Source: Candidatus Poribacteria bacterium (GTDB taxonomy: Bacteria > Poribacteria > WGA-4E > PCPOR2b). From it: DNA of 64,000 bases. Of the stretch, positions 31,401-40,501 are shown one piece after another (position 1 is the stretch's first letter; each line of letters begins with the position of its first letter). The notes below the pieces were generated by a model, which was not told the DNA's origin, searched no databases, and worked only from the letters and a program-made list of their open reading frames with translations. The DNA lies in the NCBI GenBank assembly GCA_965218095.1, contig OZ244587.1:6048001-6112000 (forward strand), read 5' to 3'. The translations under genes were made by a program, and so were the position numbers.

Positions 31401-31865
31401 ACCGATGTGCTTGCGCTTTTTGCTTTTATTAACAGTCGCTTTGAAATCAATGTTTTCCGCACGCCCCGCAGCATCAGTGACGAGCCTATCCAGCAAATGC
31501 GCTTCGATTGGATCATCGGTTTCCCACTCCCCAAACTGGAGCGCACTGACGAGCCGGTCCTCAAGGTCGGGGTGCTTCTGCTCAACGTTAAGCGCGACAT
31601 CGTGCAGCGTGAGTTGCGCACGAAGGGGTTGGATGAGATATTTGTAAAGCAGGTATCCGGCCGCCCCGATGCCGCCGATGAGCAGCGCAATGCGGAGGCT
31701 ACTCGGCAGCGGCATCAATAAATCAACGATCGCTTCCCCAGCGAGAATTGCAATCAGTCCGACGATGATAATTGCACAGCCAGTCCAAAACAGTGTCCGC
31801 TTCCAGACGCGGCGTGTTTCTAATACTTTTGCTTGTAATTTGGTGTAGCCTTCTCTTGTTGCCAT
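28470..31865 (-). CDS. DUF4175-like membrane protein with a Gln-rich coiled-coil C-terminus
   Basis: Three TM helices, LEDRLVSALQF, AIDDYGI, YYAEATDN and C-terminal VPPEYRTLVDRYYESL. Confidence 0.8.
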   Translation of the reverse strand: MATREGYTKLQAKVLETRRVWKRTLFWTGCAIIIVGLIAILAGEAIVDLLMPLPSSLRIALLIGGIGAAGYLLYKYLIQPLRAQLTLHDVALNVEQKHPDLEDRLVSALQFGEWETDDPIEAHLLDRLVTDAAGRAENIDFKATVNKSKKRKHIGIAFVAIAGCALLALIFPAEIGITLDRLLTPWEKTDPVLTTKLTVEPGNARILRGRSLAINVEVTGKFADKVRLVYTKATLAADTESQVEPQSKDWDKLREIPDQRSGEQQIDMVRIAGEKHLFGYEIFNINENMKYYVVANEAESERYTVEVFDMPKVSAIEVAYTYPEHTQLKPIVQQGDGDIRAVAGSEAEVRIATNKAIQSTTLTVAGKDLTAMIISDGRTLTTTLDVLEDGRYSVELLCVDGFKNQTPIEYSITAIPDEPPEIVIKEPGRDIKATKLEEVKIVAEAIDDYGIEKMALKYSIGSGETQALPVETVEVEERKIISGAYIFYLEEIDVEPGEVISYYAEATDNNSRTGPGVSASQIYFIEVRPFSERYVEVQTQGGQNVCHKLIAIQKQIIRETWRHINSRPSPLTDAYKLAVKKTGEKQSKLKDMAQRFVDEISSFMRTGFVDPEILMNMEEAIDKMGQASDALYAIQSREAMPYEQDALELLIKVAQEMDKVLRRMRESGNQEVADNIEMEMDDLQSVFEEDEDELDEEMREQTQEMLDHAREMLAQQQQLTQQSQQLGREGRPSQREMQEVSQQQGQLAQQAQQMGQQTQQMGQQPGQDAGQNNTGQRMEQAGEALQQASENMQQAAQNMGKQRPQVSAAKGQKAEENLQRAIEELEKVAAQFTDQALEDATQQLDQLMAEQSEVQQQTEALQERTQQNGMRPEDLRQASQLANQQRTLRQDLGHLQRNLSNLQDALNENNPQATRNVADARRRLVEEGAPENMADAQRALQWRNFLASEQNQRVVLDTLLQARDDLQQARSNMAATEEEQLEATLEQIESWEDQMQDIQRELEAMDNQETPLTPEQEQRQRQLSEQQTRIQQRAQDAMQAQQARAGGAESDREIKELWLGAINAMSSRRGNRRTPFPNYDFALHELRKLEGALEDWLVEIQEKKRLAQVLKEDVPPEYRTLVDRYYESLAK

Positions 31866-32109
31866 TTGTCCACCTCTGTTTATACGGTTGATAATCAATT
31901 GGATGTACCTTGATATTCTTTGAACCATTGCATCATTACGTTAGCGCGGATGCGTTCTTTCGTTCCTCAATAACTATTGCGTCGTAGATGTCGAAGCACA
32001 GTTTTTCGACGTAATCGGCATCCACCCCCAATTGCTTTGCTAAGGACGTTTCTGCTGTGTGTAGTGAAGTTTCAATTGCCATAACAATAATCTCCTTCCA
32101 AGAAAATCA

Positions 32110-32553
32110 CTCTAAATCAGCCGATAGATATATGCTTCCTCAACATAGTAGGCGTGTCCCCCCGCGCTCTAAACATGTGTCGGCAACTTTCTCCGCCTCC
32201 CATTTCGCAGTGCGGAGATCAGACGGTCATCTGGTCTAACAATGCCGATATTAGATAGGCGGACACCCAGTAGCTCGTCAGGGATTTGATCGAGTACAGA
32301 CCCTATTTTCCCATAACTCTTTCGCAGCCCCTCCTTCTCCACACCGGGGAACGCAAGAATAAGACGCCACCTGAACTTGCTTGTGATCGGGGCAGTCATA
32401 GCGCTTGGTTTTCTTGGCAATACAGGCTTTCAACACACATTCGACCGCATAGCCCATCAAGCAATATGCCCCCGGAGCGTAGCCATTGTCTAGCAGTACC
32501 TTTGCTTCTTTCACTCTAAGCCGGGATATCTTCTGAAGTTCATTTCTATTCAT
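32110..32553 (-). pseudogene. HEPN-domain gene fused by deletion to a remnant of its partner gene
   Basis: EAKVLL..GAYCLMGYAVECVLKACI (HEPN N-half) joined out of frame to WRLILAFP.VEKEG.RKSY. Confidence 0.6.
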
Positions 32554-32601
32554 GCTTGCTCTAAATACCCAATCCGCTTCTAAACATCGACATTTAAGCT
32601 G

Positions 32602-33528
32602 TTAGACGGGGTTCTTTGCCAGAAGGTTATCTACAATCCCATCCATTGATGAAAACTGAGAGACATCCACCCACTCAACTCGTGAATCGTTACGGAACCA
32701 TGTCAACTGTCGTTTAGCGAACCGTCGAGTGTTCTGTTTTAAGGTCGCAATTGCATCGTCGAGCGTCCGCTTTCCGTCGAGGTAATCAATGAGCTCTTTA
32801 TACCCAAAGCTCTGCATTGCAACACAATTACGTGGATAGCCTTGATCTAATAGCCCTTTGACCTCTTCAATTAAGCCAGACAAGATCATCTCATCACCCC
32901 GTCTTTCAATCCGTTGATAAAGCGTTTCCCGTGGCATATCGAGGCCGGATGCGCGGAACGGATAACGCGGCTTGCCCCCCTTCCACTGCTGTTGGAGGGC
33001 CGAAATTGGCTTTCCCGTCAACTCATAAACCTCCAAGGCGCGAATCACCCGCACAAGATTGTTGGGGTGAACCCGATCCGCGGCGTCCGGATCGCATTGA
33101 CGCAGGCGTTCATGCAACACGGCTGCACCATGTACCTCCGCTTCCTGCTTGAGCCTCGCTCGAATTTTCGCATCCGCGGACGGGCCCTCGAAAAGCCCGT
33201 CAATTAGCGTACGAAAGTATAACCCCGCCCCGCCGACAATCGTTGCCTGCTTCCCTCGCCCGCTGATTTCCACAATCGCCGCGTCCGCCAACCGTTGATA
33301 TGCTGCGGCGGAGAAGGGTTGGTCTACATCTACGCAATCAATGACGTGGTGGCGCACAGCTCGTTGCTGCGCCAGCGTTGGTTTGGCGGCGCCGATGTCC
33401 ATCTCCCGATAAATCTGCCGCGAATCTAACGAGACAATTTCGGCGTCGAGTCGTTGTGCAAGCCGAATAGCAATTTCTGTTTTACCGACAGCGGTTGGGC
33501 CGACGATGCAAATCAGTGGAGATTTCAT
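32602..33528 (-). CDS. miaA: tRNA dimethylallyltransferase
   Basis: GPTAVGKT, DSRQIYREMDIG, RALEV and AKRQLTWFR motifs. Confidence 0.97.
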   Translation of the reverse strand: MKSPLICIVGPTAVGKTEIAIRLAQRLDAEIVSLDSRQIYREMDIGAAKPTLAQQRAVRHHVIDCVDVDQPFSAAAYQRLADAAIVEISGRGKQATIVGGAGLYFRTLIDGLFEGPSADAKIRARLKQEAEVHGAAVLHERLRQCDPDAADRVHPNNLVRVIRALEVYELTGKPISALQQQWKGGKPRYPFRASGLDMPRETLYQRIERRGDEMILSGLIEEVKGLLDQGYPRNCVAMQSFGYKELIDYLDGKRTLDDAIATLKQNTRRFAKRQLTWFRNDSRVEWVDVSQFSSMDGIVDNLLAKNPV

Positions 33529-33641
33529 AGCGTGATGCGCGAAACGTAATGCGTATTGCGTAACTCACTGCTTTTCTTAAGGAAACATCTGCAATGACGC
33601 GAATATACCGAACCAGAATACCCCGTTGAAAGTAATCAAGA

Positions 33642-33944
33642 TCAACTTGAGTCTGATACGCCACCCGGATGACGAAACCGCCTGAAATTCTCAATGAACT
33701 TGTAGACGCAGGGTCCCCTGCCAACTTCGTTTTCTTTCTGTTCAGCCATTCTGAAAACTTTCTCCAGATCCTTGCTCGCAATGACAACCTCCTTATCAAG
33801 GATTGCAACCCACATATCCGTATATTTCTGAACTAATTCATCAATATGCTCACGACCCCACTTGGCATTTTCAACGTGCCGTTGCGGACGTGGAGGGGGC
33901 AAGGTATAGTCTTCCATTTTTTTTGCGATCGGCATTTCATTCAC
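33642..33944 (-). CDS. DUF5678-like small protein
   Basis: YTDMWVAILDKEVVIASKDLEKV pattern. Confidence 0.6.
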   Translation of the reverse strand: MNEMPIAKKMEDYTLPPPRPQRHVENAKWGREHIDELVQKYTDMWVAILDKEVVIASKDLEKVFRMAEQKENEVGRGPCVYKFIENFRRFRHPGGVSDSS

Positions 33945-33978
33945 CTCACTTTATGGTTTTTAAAGACTTCAGTAACTA

Positions 33979-34880
33979 ACCCAAGTTGCGACCTATTCAT
34001 CGAATATGTGAGTGAACTCAGAGCTGATTGATACTGCTAGCCAATACAAACAAGACCACTTTCAATTCAAATCCGTGTCGCGTTACTGCATGGATTGAAC
34101 GTGAAAGCAGTTTGTTAATCAAACTGCCAGCCGTCTCAACAGACTTACGATGGTAATTAGCCAAGTAGGTCTCCCATGGTGGATACAGCCGCTTGGAATT
34201 CTTCTTGCGTACTGGCTTTAATTCGACTCCGACTGATGTAACAATATCTTCTATCTCATAATTATTGTATGCTTTGTCACCATAGCCCGGTGGCAAGTCG
34301 AAGTCAAACCACTGTAACCCTTCAACGTCCCCTGTACTGGCTGGGGTCACAAAAAATTCAACAGGGTGTCGACTCGCAGTCACTAGCAGATGAACTTTCA
34401 AGCCATAGAAATACCGACGTTTGGACGCTTGATAGCCTCGATATGCCTTATCGGTGTAGATTTTTGACCGACGAATGCGGAACAAACAGCAATTGGTATG
34501 GTATCCAGTGCATAGATTTTCTGTTGATTAAGTTGCACATAGCTTCGTCCCAAGATTTTGAACAATGTGGTGAACATCGGTTTAATCGACTTTTTGAAAG
34601 CATCTTGGGTATATAGCCATGAGTCTTTAGAAAGTCACAAGTGGTTTGCAAGTTTGCCCCGAAGAACAACGCAGCGACGATGCCGGTGGTCATGACTTCG
34701 GCATCAGACATCTGCGTTTGTGGGTGTGGTTTTGAGTTGAGTGCTTCTAAGAACTTGTCACAGAGATAGAAAATGGTTGCAATTTGGATGTCCATGGGTT
34801 TCTCCTTTGAGGTATTATGGTTTGGATTACCTCTACTTTAACGGAAAACCCATGGATTTTCAATTACTAGCAACTTGGGT
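33979..34880 (-). mobile_element. IS982-family element copy 1 (frameshifted transposase)
   Basis: IRs ACCCAAGTTGC / GCAACTTGGGT, 10-bp TSD TCAGTAACTA; MSDAEV, YFYGLKVH and GDKAY motifs in broken frames. Confidence 0.9.
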
Positions 34881-35075
34881 TCAGTAACTAACACTTTTTA
34901 ATTTCTCGTACATTTCTTCATCTGCTCAGGATGCCGATGCTTGCATCCCAATCTATTGGGGAGCTTTAACCGGTGCTTTCAAACTGGCTTTCCGGCTAAA
35001 GCCGAAACATCCTGAAATCCGTTGATTCAAAAAAACGTTAACTACTGAAAATTAAGGACTTTAATCGACATACCT

Positions 35076-35774
35076 TCAATCAATCGTCATTGCACATCGG
35101 AATCCGAAATCGCTAAATTGTTTCTCAGGACCGAGACTACTCCGCGCCGCGCAACGAGCAAATCGGATGCGGTGTCGCCATGAACCACCGCGTGCCACAT
35201 GACGGTTGCTGTGCCTTGGACCTGTCGGATTCCGATCCGGCGAGATTTCGTAGTAGGATGGGTCATATTTATCAGCGCACCATTCGTGGACGCCCTCTGA
35301 CATATTGTACAGTCCGTAGCCATTGGGACCTTCGATCCCTACCGGAAAATGCGGGGCATTCCGTCCGCCCAGATGATCCGCCGGCAATTCGTCGCCCCAT
35401 GGATATTCGTGCCCTTCCAATCCGCCCCGCGCAGCCTTTTCGCGCTCTGCCTCTGTGGGCAGGCGATACGCTTTGCCGGTCAATTCTTTCAACCAATCGC
35501 AATATGACACGGCATCGTACCAGTTTGGACCAACGACTGGTTGGGCTGGATGTTGAAACTTGGAGTCCCCCCAAAACGGCGGCGGCCGATGTTCTGTTAT
35601 CTCCATAAAGATCTCATACTCCCGGTTGGTCACGGGGTATTTAGCAACGGCGAATACATTTACCCATATGCGACGGACCGGCCTTTCATTCGCTGCACCA
35701 TTTTCGCTGCCCATGAGAAAATCGCCTTCGGGGATACGGATGGTTTTGGGTTCGATGAATTGCGGCTTTCCCAT
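35076..35774 (-). CDS. Formylglycine-generating-enzyme (FGE-sulfatase) domain protein
   Basis: FLMGS, PVTNREY, RLPTEAE, NGYGLYNM, RGGSW and GFRC motifs. Confidence 0.9.
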   Translation of the reverse strand: MGKPQFIEPKTIRIPEGDFLMGSENGAANERPVRRIWVNVFAVAKYPVTNREYEIFMEITEHRPPPFWGDSKFQHPAQPVVGPNWYDAVSYCDWLKELTGKAYRLPTEAEREKAARGGLEGHEYPWGDELPADHLGGRNAPHFPVGIEGPNGYGLYNMSEGVHEWCADKYDPSYYEISPDRNPTGPRHSNRHVARGGSWRHRIRFARCAARSSLGPEKQFSDFGFRCAMTID

Positions 35775-35937
35775 TGTGTACGCTTGCCCTCCGATTTTAC
35801 CTTGACAACTGTCCATAGATATGCCATTATAGCATTCGGACTTTTTGAATGTCAACTTGATTTCCATAGATTTGATGGAACTCAAACAGCTTGTGGCAAT
35901 TAGAAAAGCGACGTAAGCGTGAAAATCTTGTCAGGAG

Positions 35938-36222
35938 ATGAAAATAGCATGGATCTGAACAGTCCCCGAATCAGAGGCAATGGGGGTTGTTAAGGAAGAA
36001 TATGAGGCAGGAACCAAACGCACCGGGCGGGTTTATAACATCGTCAAGTTATCCAGCATCAAGCCGGAAAACCTGTAGACATTTATTAATCTGTACAAGG
36101 TCTCGATGTTGGGGCCGTCCAAACTGGGTCGTGCGCAATGTGAGATAATCGCGACGGTAGTTTCGCGGATTAACTCCTGCTGATACTGAGTCCAAACGCG
36201 CGCCGGGGATCTGCGGGAACAG
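35938..36222 (+). pseudogene. AhpD-like (peroxidase-related) selenoprotein remnant
   Basis: MKIAWI*TVPESEA.G...EIIATVVSRINSC*Y-TGA-VQ; the CxxU position is at 36187-36189, with extra stops elsewhere. Confidence 0.65.
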
Positions 36223-36224
36223 GA

Positions 36225-37220
36225 GTTGATCGGCTATCAGGTATTGATGATGCGTGCAGGTTGATTATTTCTGGTTTAATTGACCCCGAAGCGTTTAGGT
36301 TCTGTTGACATTTGAGTATAAGGTTGTGGCATAATAGAAGAATGACGCCAATAACCTTACCTGATGAACAATGGAATAAGATATACCGGTTTCTTCTAAG
36401 CTGTCCCACCATCTAAGCTGCTACACGCCGCTTCGTCGAAGCGGTTCTCTGGGTGACTCGTAGTGGCGCTCAATGGAAACTTCTACCAGACACCTATGGC
36501 AAATCGAACACCCGCTACAAGCGGTTTGCTCGATGGTGCGACAAAGGTATCTTCACACAGATGCACCCCCACTTCGCCTCTGACCCCGATATCGAGTCGC
36601 TTATTGTGGACAGTACCATCTGCTGCGCTCACCCGTGTGCGGCGGGCACCTTAAAAAAAAGGGTGGCACTGAAAACCAAGCATTAGGTCGGTCTCGGGGC
36701 GGTTTCAGTACAAAAAATCACATCACAGTTGACGGACTAGGCAATCCCCTAAGAATTCATCTGACACCCGGTCAGAGACATGACATAACTGAGGCGGAAG
36801 GGTTAATAATCGGATATAACAGTGAATATGTGATTGGAGACAAGGGGTACGATTCGGACGCTTTTATCGCGGTTATTGAGGCGAATGGAGCGATTGCGGT
36901 GATACCGCCAAAAAGTCATCGTGTTGACCAAAGAACGTATGACAAACGCTTATACAAAGAGAGACATCGGGTTGAATGTTTCATTAACAAGATAAAATGG
37001 TATCGTCGTATCTTCTCTCGGTTTGAGAAGCTAGCTGTCCGTTATTTTGGATTTCTCAGCTTTGTCTCCACTCTTATATGGCTCCGTTGAAATGTCAACA
37101 GAACCTAGTAATACCGGGGGAAATCCAAGTTCAAAAGCTGTTAAGGCCATGTTCTCAAACATTGGCATAAACGATATTTTTGGAAATATTCAAGGGAAGT
37201 TCCAATCGAACTCATTGTAG
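36225..37220 (+). pseudogene. HEPN-like gene remnant interrupted by IS5
   Basis: Removing the IS restores LIDPEAFSNTGGNPSSKAVKAMFSNIGINDIF in one frame. Confidence 0.55.
36298..37105 (+). mobile_element. IS5-family element copy A (orfA inactivated)
   Basis: IRs GGTTCTGTTGACATTT / AAATGTCAACAGAACC, TA TSD; GRSRGG, GDKGYD and Y.ERHRVE motifs; small deletion with a stop near 36414. Confidence 0.92.
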
Positions 37221-37242
37221 GTGATTTCTTGGAAGTTTAATA

Positions 37243-37303
37243 GAGCGCAGCGAAGAATCTTCTTGTTAAGGTGCAGGAGATCCTTCCCTTCGTTCAGGAT
37301 GAC
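37243..37303. repeat. Degenerate REP-like palindrome
   Basis: GAGCGCAGCGAAGAATCT...AGATCCTTCCCTTCGTTCAGGATGAC. Confidence 0.5.
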
Positions 37304-37394
37304 GGGAGAAGAGCGCGTTTTACTCGCTATAAGTTCAGAAATATCATTCGTTCAGCCACATAAAGCACAGTATACACACAAGGAGGTACTTCAT

Positions 37395-38141
37395 ATGGAC
37401 TTAAGCGGTAAGGTTGCTATTGTGACGGGCGCAGGACAGGGAATTGGTCAAGCAATCGCTTTGCGGCTTGCAGGCGTAGGCGCAGAGCTCGCTGTCGTGG
37501 ACCTGAATCCCGATTCCATCGGGACGGTTGTGCAAGAGATTGAAGTGTTGGGACGCAAAGCCCTCGCAATTCAGGCAGATGTCTCGAAGTTTGATCAGGT
37601 GAAAAGCGCAGTCCAGCAAACATTGGAGACCTTCAACCAGATCGACATTTTGGTGAACAACGCAGGAATCGTCGGGAAAACCGCGCCGTTAACAGAATTG
37701 GACGAACCGGACTGGGATGTGGTCCTTGATGTGAATCTGAAGGGCGTCTTCCTCTGCTGCAAAGCGGTCATCGATCACATGATCCAAAGGCGGTACGGCA
37801 AGATCGTGAGCATCACCTCGATTGCTGGCAAGGAAGGGAATCCAACGCTCATCCCTTATTCAGCTTCCAAAGCCGGCGTCATCTGCCTGACCAAAGCCCT
37901 GGCAAAGGAGGTCACAGAGCACAATATAAACGTCAACTGTGTTTCACCGGCGGTCATTGAAACTCCAATCTTGAAGACTGTGGCTCCAAAGACTGTTGAT
38001 TACATGGTGAGCAAAATTCCGCTCGGGCGCGTTGGCAAACCGGAGGAGGTCGCTGCGGTGGTGCATTTCTTAGCGACAGACGATGCCAGTTTCGTGACTG
38101 GGCAGTGTTACGATGTCAGTGGCGGCAGAGCGACGTATTAG
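37395..38141 (+). CDS. SDR family NAD(P)-dependent oxidoreductase
   Basis: TGAGQGIG, NNAG and YSASK motifs; RBS AAGGAGG. Confidence 0.93.
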   Translation: MDLSGKVAIVTGAGQGIGQAIALRLAGVGAELAVVDLNPDSIGTVVQEIEVLGRKALAIQADVSKFDQVKSAVQQTLETFNQIDILVNNAGIVGKTAPLTELDEPDWDVVLDVNLKGVFLCCKAVIDHMIQRRYGKIVSITSIAGKEGNPTLIPYSASKAGVICLTKALAKEVTEHNINVNCVSPAVIETPILKTVAPKTVDYMVSKIPLGRVGKPEEVAAVVHFLATDDASFVTGQCYDVSGGRATY

Positions 38142-38232
38142 GGCGTGTGTGAGAAGGCCAACGAACCTCTTAATAGGTTCTGTTGACAAGCTGTCAGCGA
38201 AACAGAAAACCAGAAATGTGTTTCCAAAAGAT

Positions 38233-39939
38233 ATGTTCTCTCCACGTTTCACGTTTCACATTCTGCGTAATCCAAAGAACCCGCTAAAACGATTGGGTTA
38301 TATACTCTCACTTCTAATATGTATCGGCTGCGCAGGAGGCAGCAGTAGGCGTCAAGCCACAATCTTGATGGTTGAACTGAGAGCTCACCTTCAGCCGCTG
38401 ACAACAATTGGGACCTATGTGGGGTTTGATCAGAAGACGGATATGCTTTATATGGGGAATGCCCTCATCGATCGGTGGATCTATTTGAACAAGGATTCTC
38501 AACCGATCCAAACAATCCGCTACACCTACAAACCTTCGGGACAGAACTACGTCGATCTGCTAAGCGAGGAATTTCGGTTTCGGATTGGGAAGCTCGTCTT
38601 TTCCGGGGATAGCCGCCTGCTGACTTACGATACTTATCAGATCTCCCAGAAAATTGGCGGTGTCAAGCAGGTCACGATTCAGTTCACATATACTCCAGAG
38701 GAGGAATCGAAACCGATTTTTCATCTGCAGGTTCACTACGAGATTTATCCGGATCTGCCAATCATCCATAAGTGGCTAACGATTCAGAATCTGACGGATT
38801 CGGACTTTTATCTGGAAGATATAGCCGTCGAGTCCCTATCTTTTTTCGCGGCACGGGTAGACCGTCTTCAAATCTGGGGTTGTGAGATGTCGGGACAGCC
38901 GGAGGAAGCGCAATCTCCTCCTTGGGAGGGGGGCACAGCGGAGACGTTTGTTCTCGTGCAAGACCCCGGTATCAATGGCGGTGTGGTGTTAGGCAATGAA
39001 AGCGCAGGTATCCTCAAATACTACGGAGTCTGTTCGGATCGGGATACCATGTTGATCGGCTTAACCCCGACAACTGCTATGAACGGAATTGAAATCCGGG
39101 TTCCTCCAAAACGGTCGATGAACACCCCTAAAGTCTGGACGATGCTCTTTCAAGGACCTCCCCAAACTGCCGTTGAAGAGGTAATCGAAGATGTTGTGGC
39201 GCATGGTTCGCCATATTCTAAAGAGCCAAGCTCCCAAATGCCTGCAATTAGATGGGCACAGTTGGGTTCTGAATGGAACATGCTAGGAAAATCGCTCCGA
39301 CAAGGCGATCTCGTTGTGTTTGATTACGACTGGAACGTTGAAGAACTGGAGCGACTGAAGCGAGTCAGTCAACAAGTTCACGAAAGCGGGGGAAAGGCCG
39401 GTATTCATCTTCCAGTAGCTGACATTCGCACGGACGTTTTGGATCGCCCTGAGTGGCGACTCACGCCAGTGCCTGTGCTCCAGCCGATGTCAAAAAGGAG
39501 AGATGAGGAGATAAGGGAACAAAGGGAAGGAGGGAAGGAAACACAACAATCCACAATCGAGTCGAGATCCGAAATTCGCGCGGCGAATCGGGTTATTTAT
39601 TGTGTTTTGAGTGATTACGGTTACTACCTCTCTCAAGCAGTGAAAACGCTCCTTGAAGAAACGGAAGCAGATCTGCTCATCTTTGATGGCGCGATATTAA
39701 GTCCGACAGGCGGCCTGCTAAAAGGCTGCGATGCGTTCGGACATGAGCATTATACACGTGCAGAGTCAATTGGCGTAATCTATCGTTGGATTTTCGATTT
39801 TGCTAATCATCTGCGTCGGAAATACCCAGATCTGCAATTGGGGATTACAGCGACTGCTTACGGTGTGAAGTATCCAGACGCCGCATGCCTTGCGCATTTT
39901 GATCTGTTCTTCGATTATTTGTCGTTAGATTCACCGTAA
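38233..39939 (+). CDS. Hypothetical lipoprotein, remote GH36 alpha-galactosidase-like architecture
   Basis: ICIGC lipobox-like stretch, HYEIYPDLPIIHKWLTIQN and LRRKYPDL. The start is uncertain. Confidence 0.55.
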   Translation: MFSPRFTFHILRNPKNPLKRLGYILSLLICIGCAGGSSRRQATILMVELRAHLQPLTTIGTYVGFDQKTDMLYMGNALIDRWIYLNKDSQPIQTIRYTYKPSGQNYVDLLSEEFRFRIGKLVFSGDSRLLTYDTYQISQKIGGVKQVTIQFTYTPEEESKPIFHLQVHYEIYPDLPIIHKWLTIQNLTDSDFYLEDIAVESLSFFAARVDRLQIWGCEMSGQPEEAQSPPWEGGTAETFVLVQDPGINGGVVLGNESAGILKYYGVCSDRDTMLIGLTPTTAMNGIEIRVPPKRSMNTPKVWTMLFQGPPQTAVEEVIEDVVAHGSPYSKEPSSQMPAIRWAQLGSEWNMLGKSLRQGDLVVFDYDWNVEELERLKRVSQQVHESGGKAGIHLPVADIRTDVLDRPEWRLTPVPVLQPMSKRRDEEIREQREGGKETQQSTIESRSEIRAANRVIYCVLSDYGYYLSQAVKTLLEETEADLLIFDGAILSPTGGLLKGCDAFGHEHYTRAESIGVIYRWIFDFANHLRRKYPDLQLGITATAYGVKYPDAACLAHFDLFFDYLSLDSP

Positions 39940-39967
39940 TTCGTCCATTCGCTGATGCACTTTGCTT

Positions 39968-40385
39968 TTAAGGCTGGATAATCCGACTCTGCTTGAGCGT
40001 TTTGATCTCCGCTTTGAGGCGCTCAATCTCCTCTTGCCAATCCGCTTCCCTGGGTTCCCTAAAGGCAATGATAATCTGTGGAACGCCAACGAGTACTGTG
40101 ATAAGAGCGATGGGGGCAATCACAAACGCCATTAACCTTTGCAGCCGTTTGTCTATCGCCTCGAATCGGGTCTCCATTTTTGCTTCTAAGACAGTGATTT
40201 TCCTTTCCAATGCGTTGATTCTCGCTTCGTGAGCAGCGAATTTTGCGTCCATGTACTCCCGAAGCTACGCCTAGCTTTTTTGGACGATAGCTTCGATTTC
40301 GCGGAGGTCTGCCTGCGTCAACTCGGCTTGAATCTATTGTATTATCAAAAGAAGAATCAGTCCAATCGCCAAAGGTATTTTCATG
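39968..40385 (-). pseudogene. Coiled-coil/TM hypothetical protein with internal stops
   Basis: MKIPLAIGLILLLIIQ*..ELTQADLREI..*.*LREYMDAKF continues in the same frame. Confidence 0.55.
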
Positions 40386-40501
40386 AAATTTCTTCCCTTG
40401 AAGGCTTGACAACTCGATACGGCTTCACTTTTGCGCACCACCCACCACGTATGACGTTTTACGCATCACACTTCACATCTTTGCAAGAGGGCTTTACTAA
40501 A

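Noticed and set aside
35076-35774. FGE (CLec-fold) gene as a DGR target
   Set aside because: No template repeat of its 3' end and no RT were seen.
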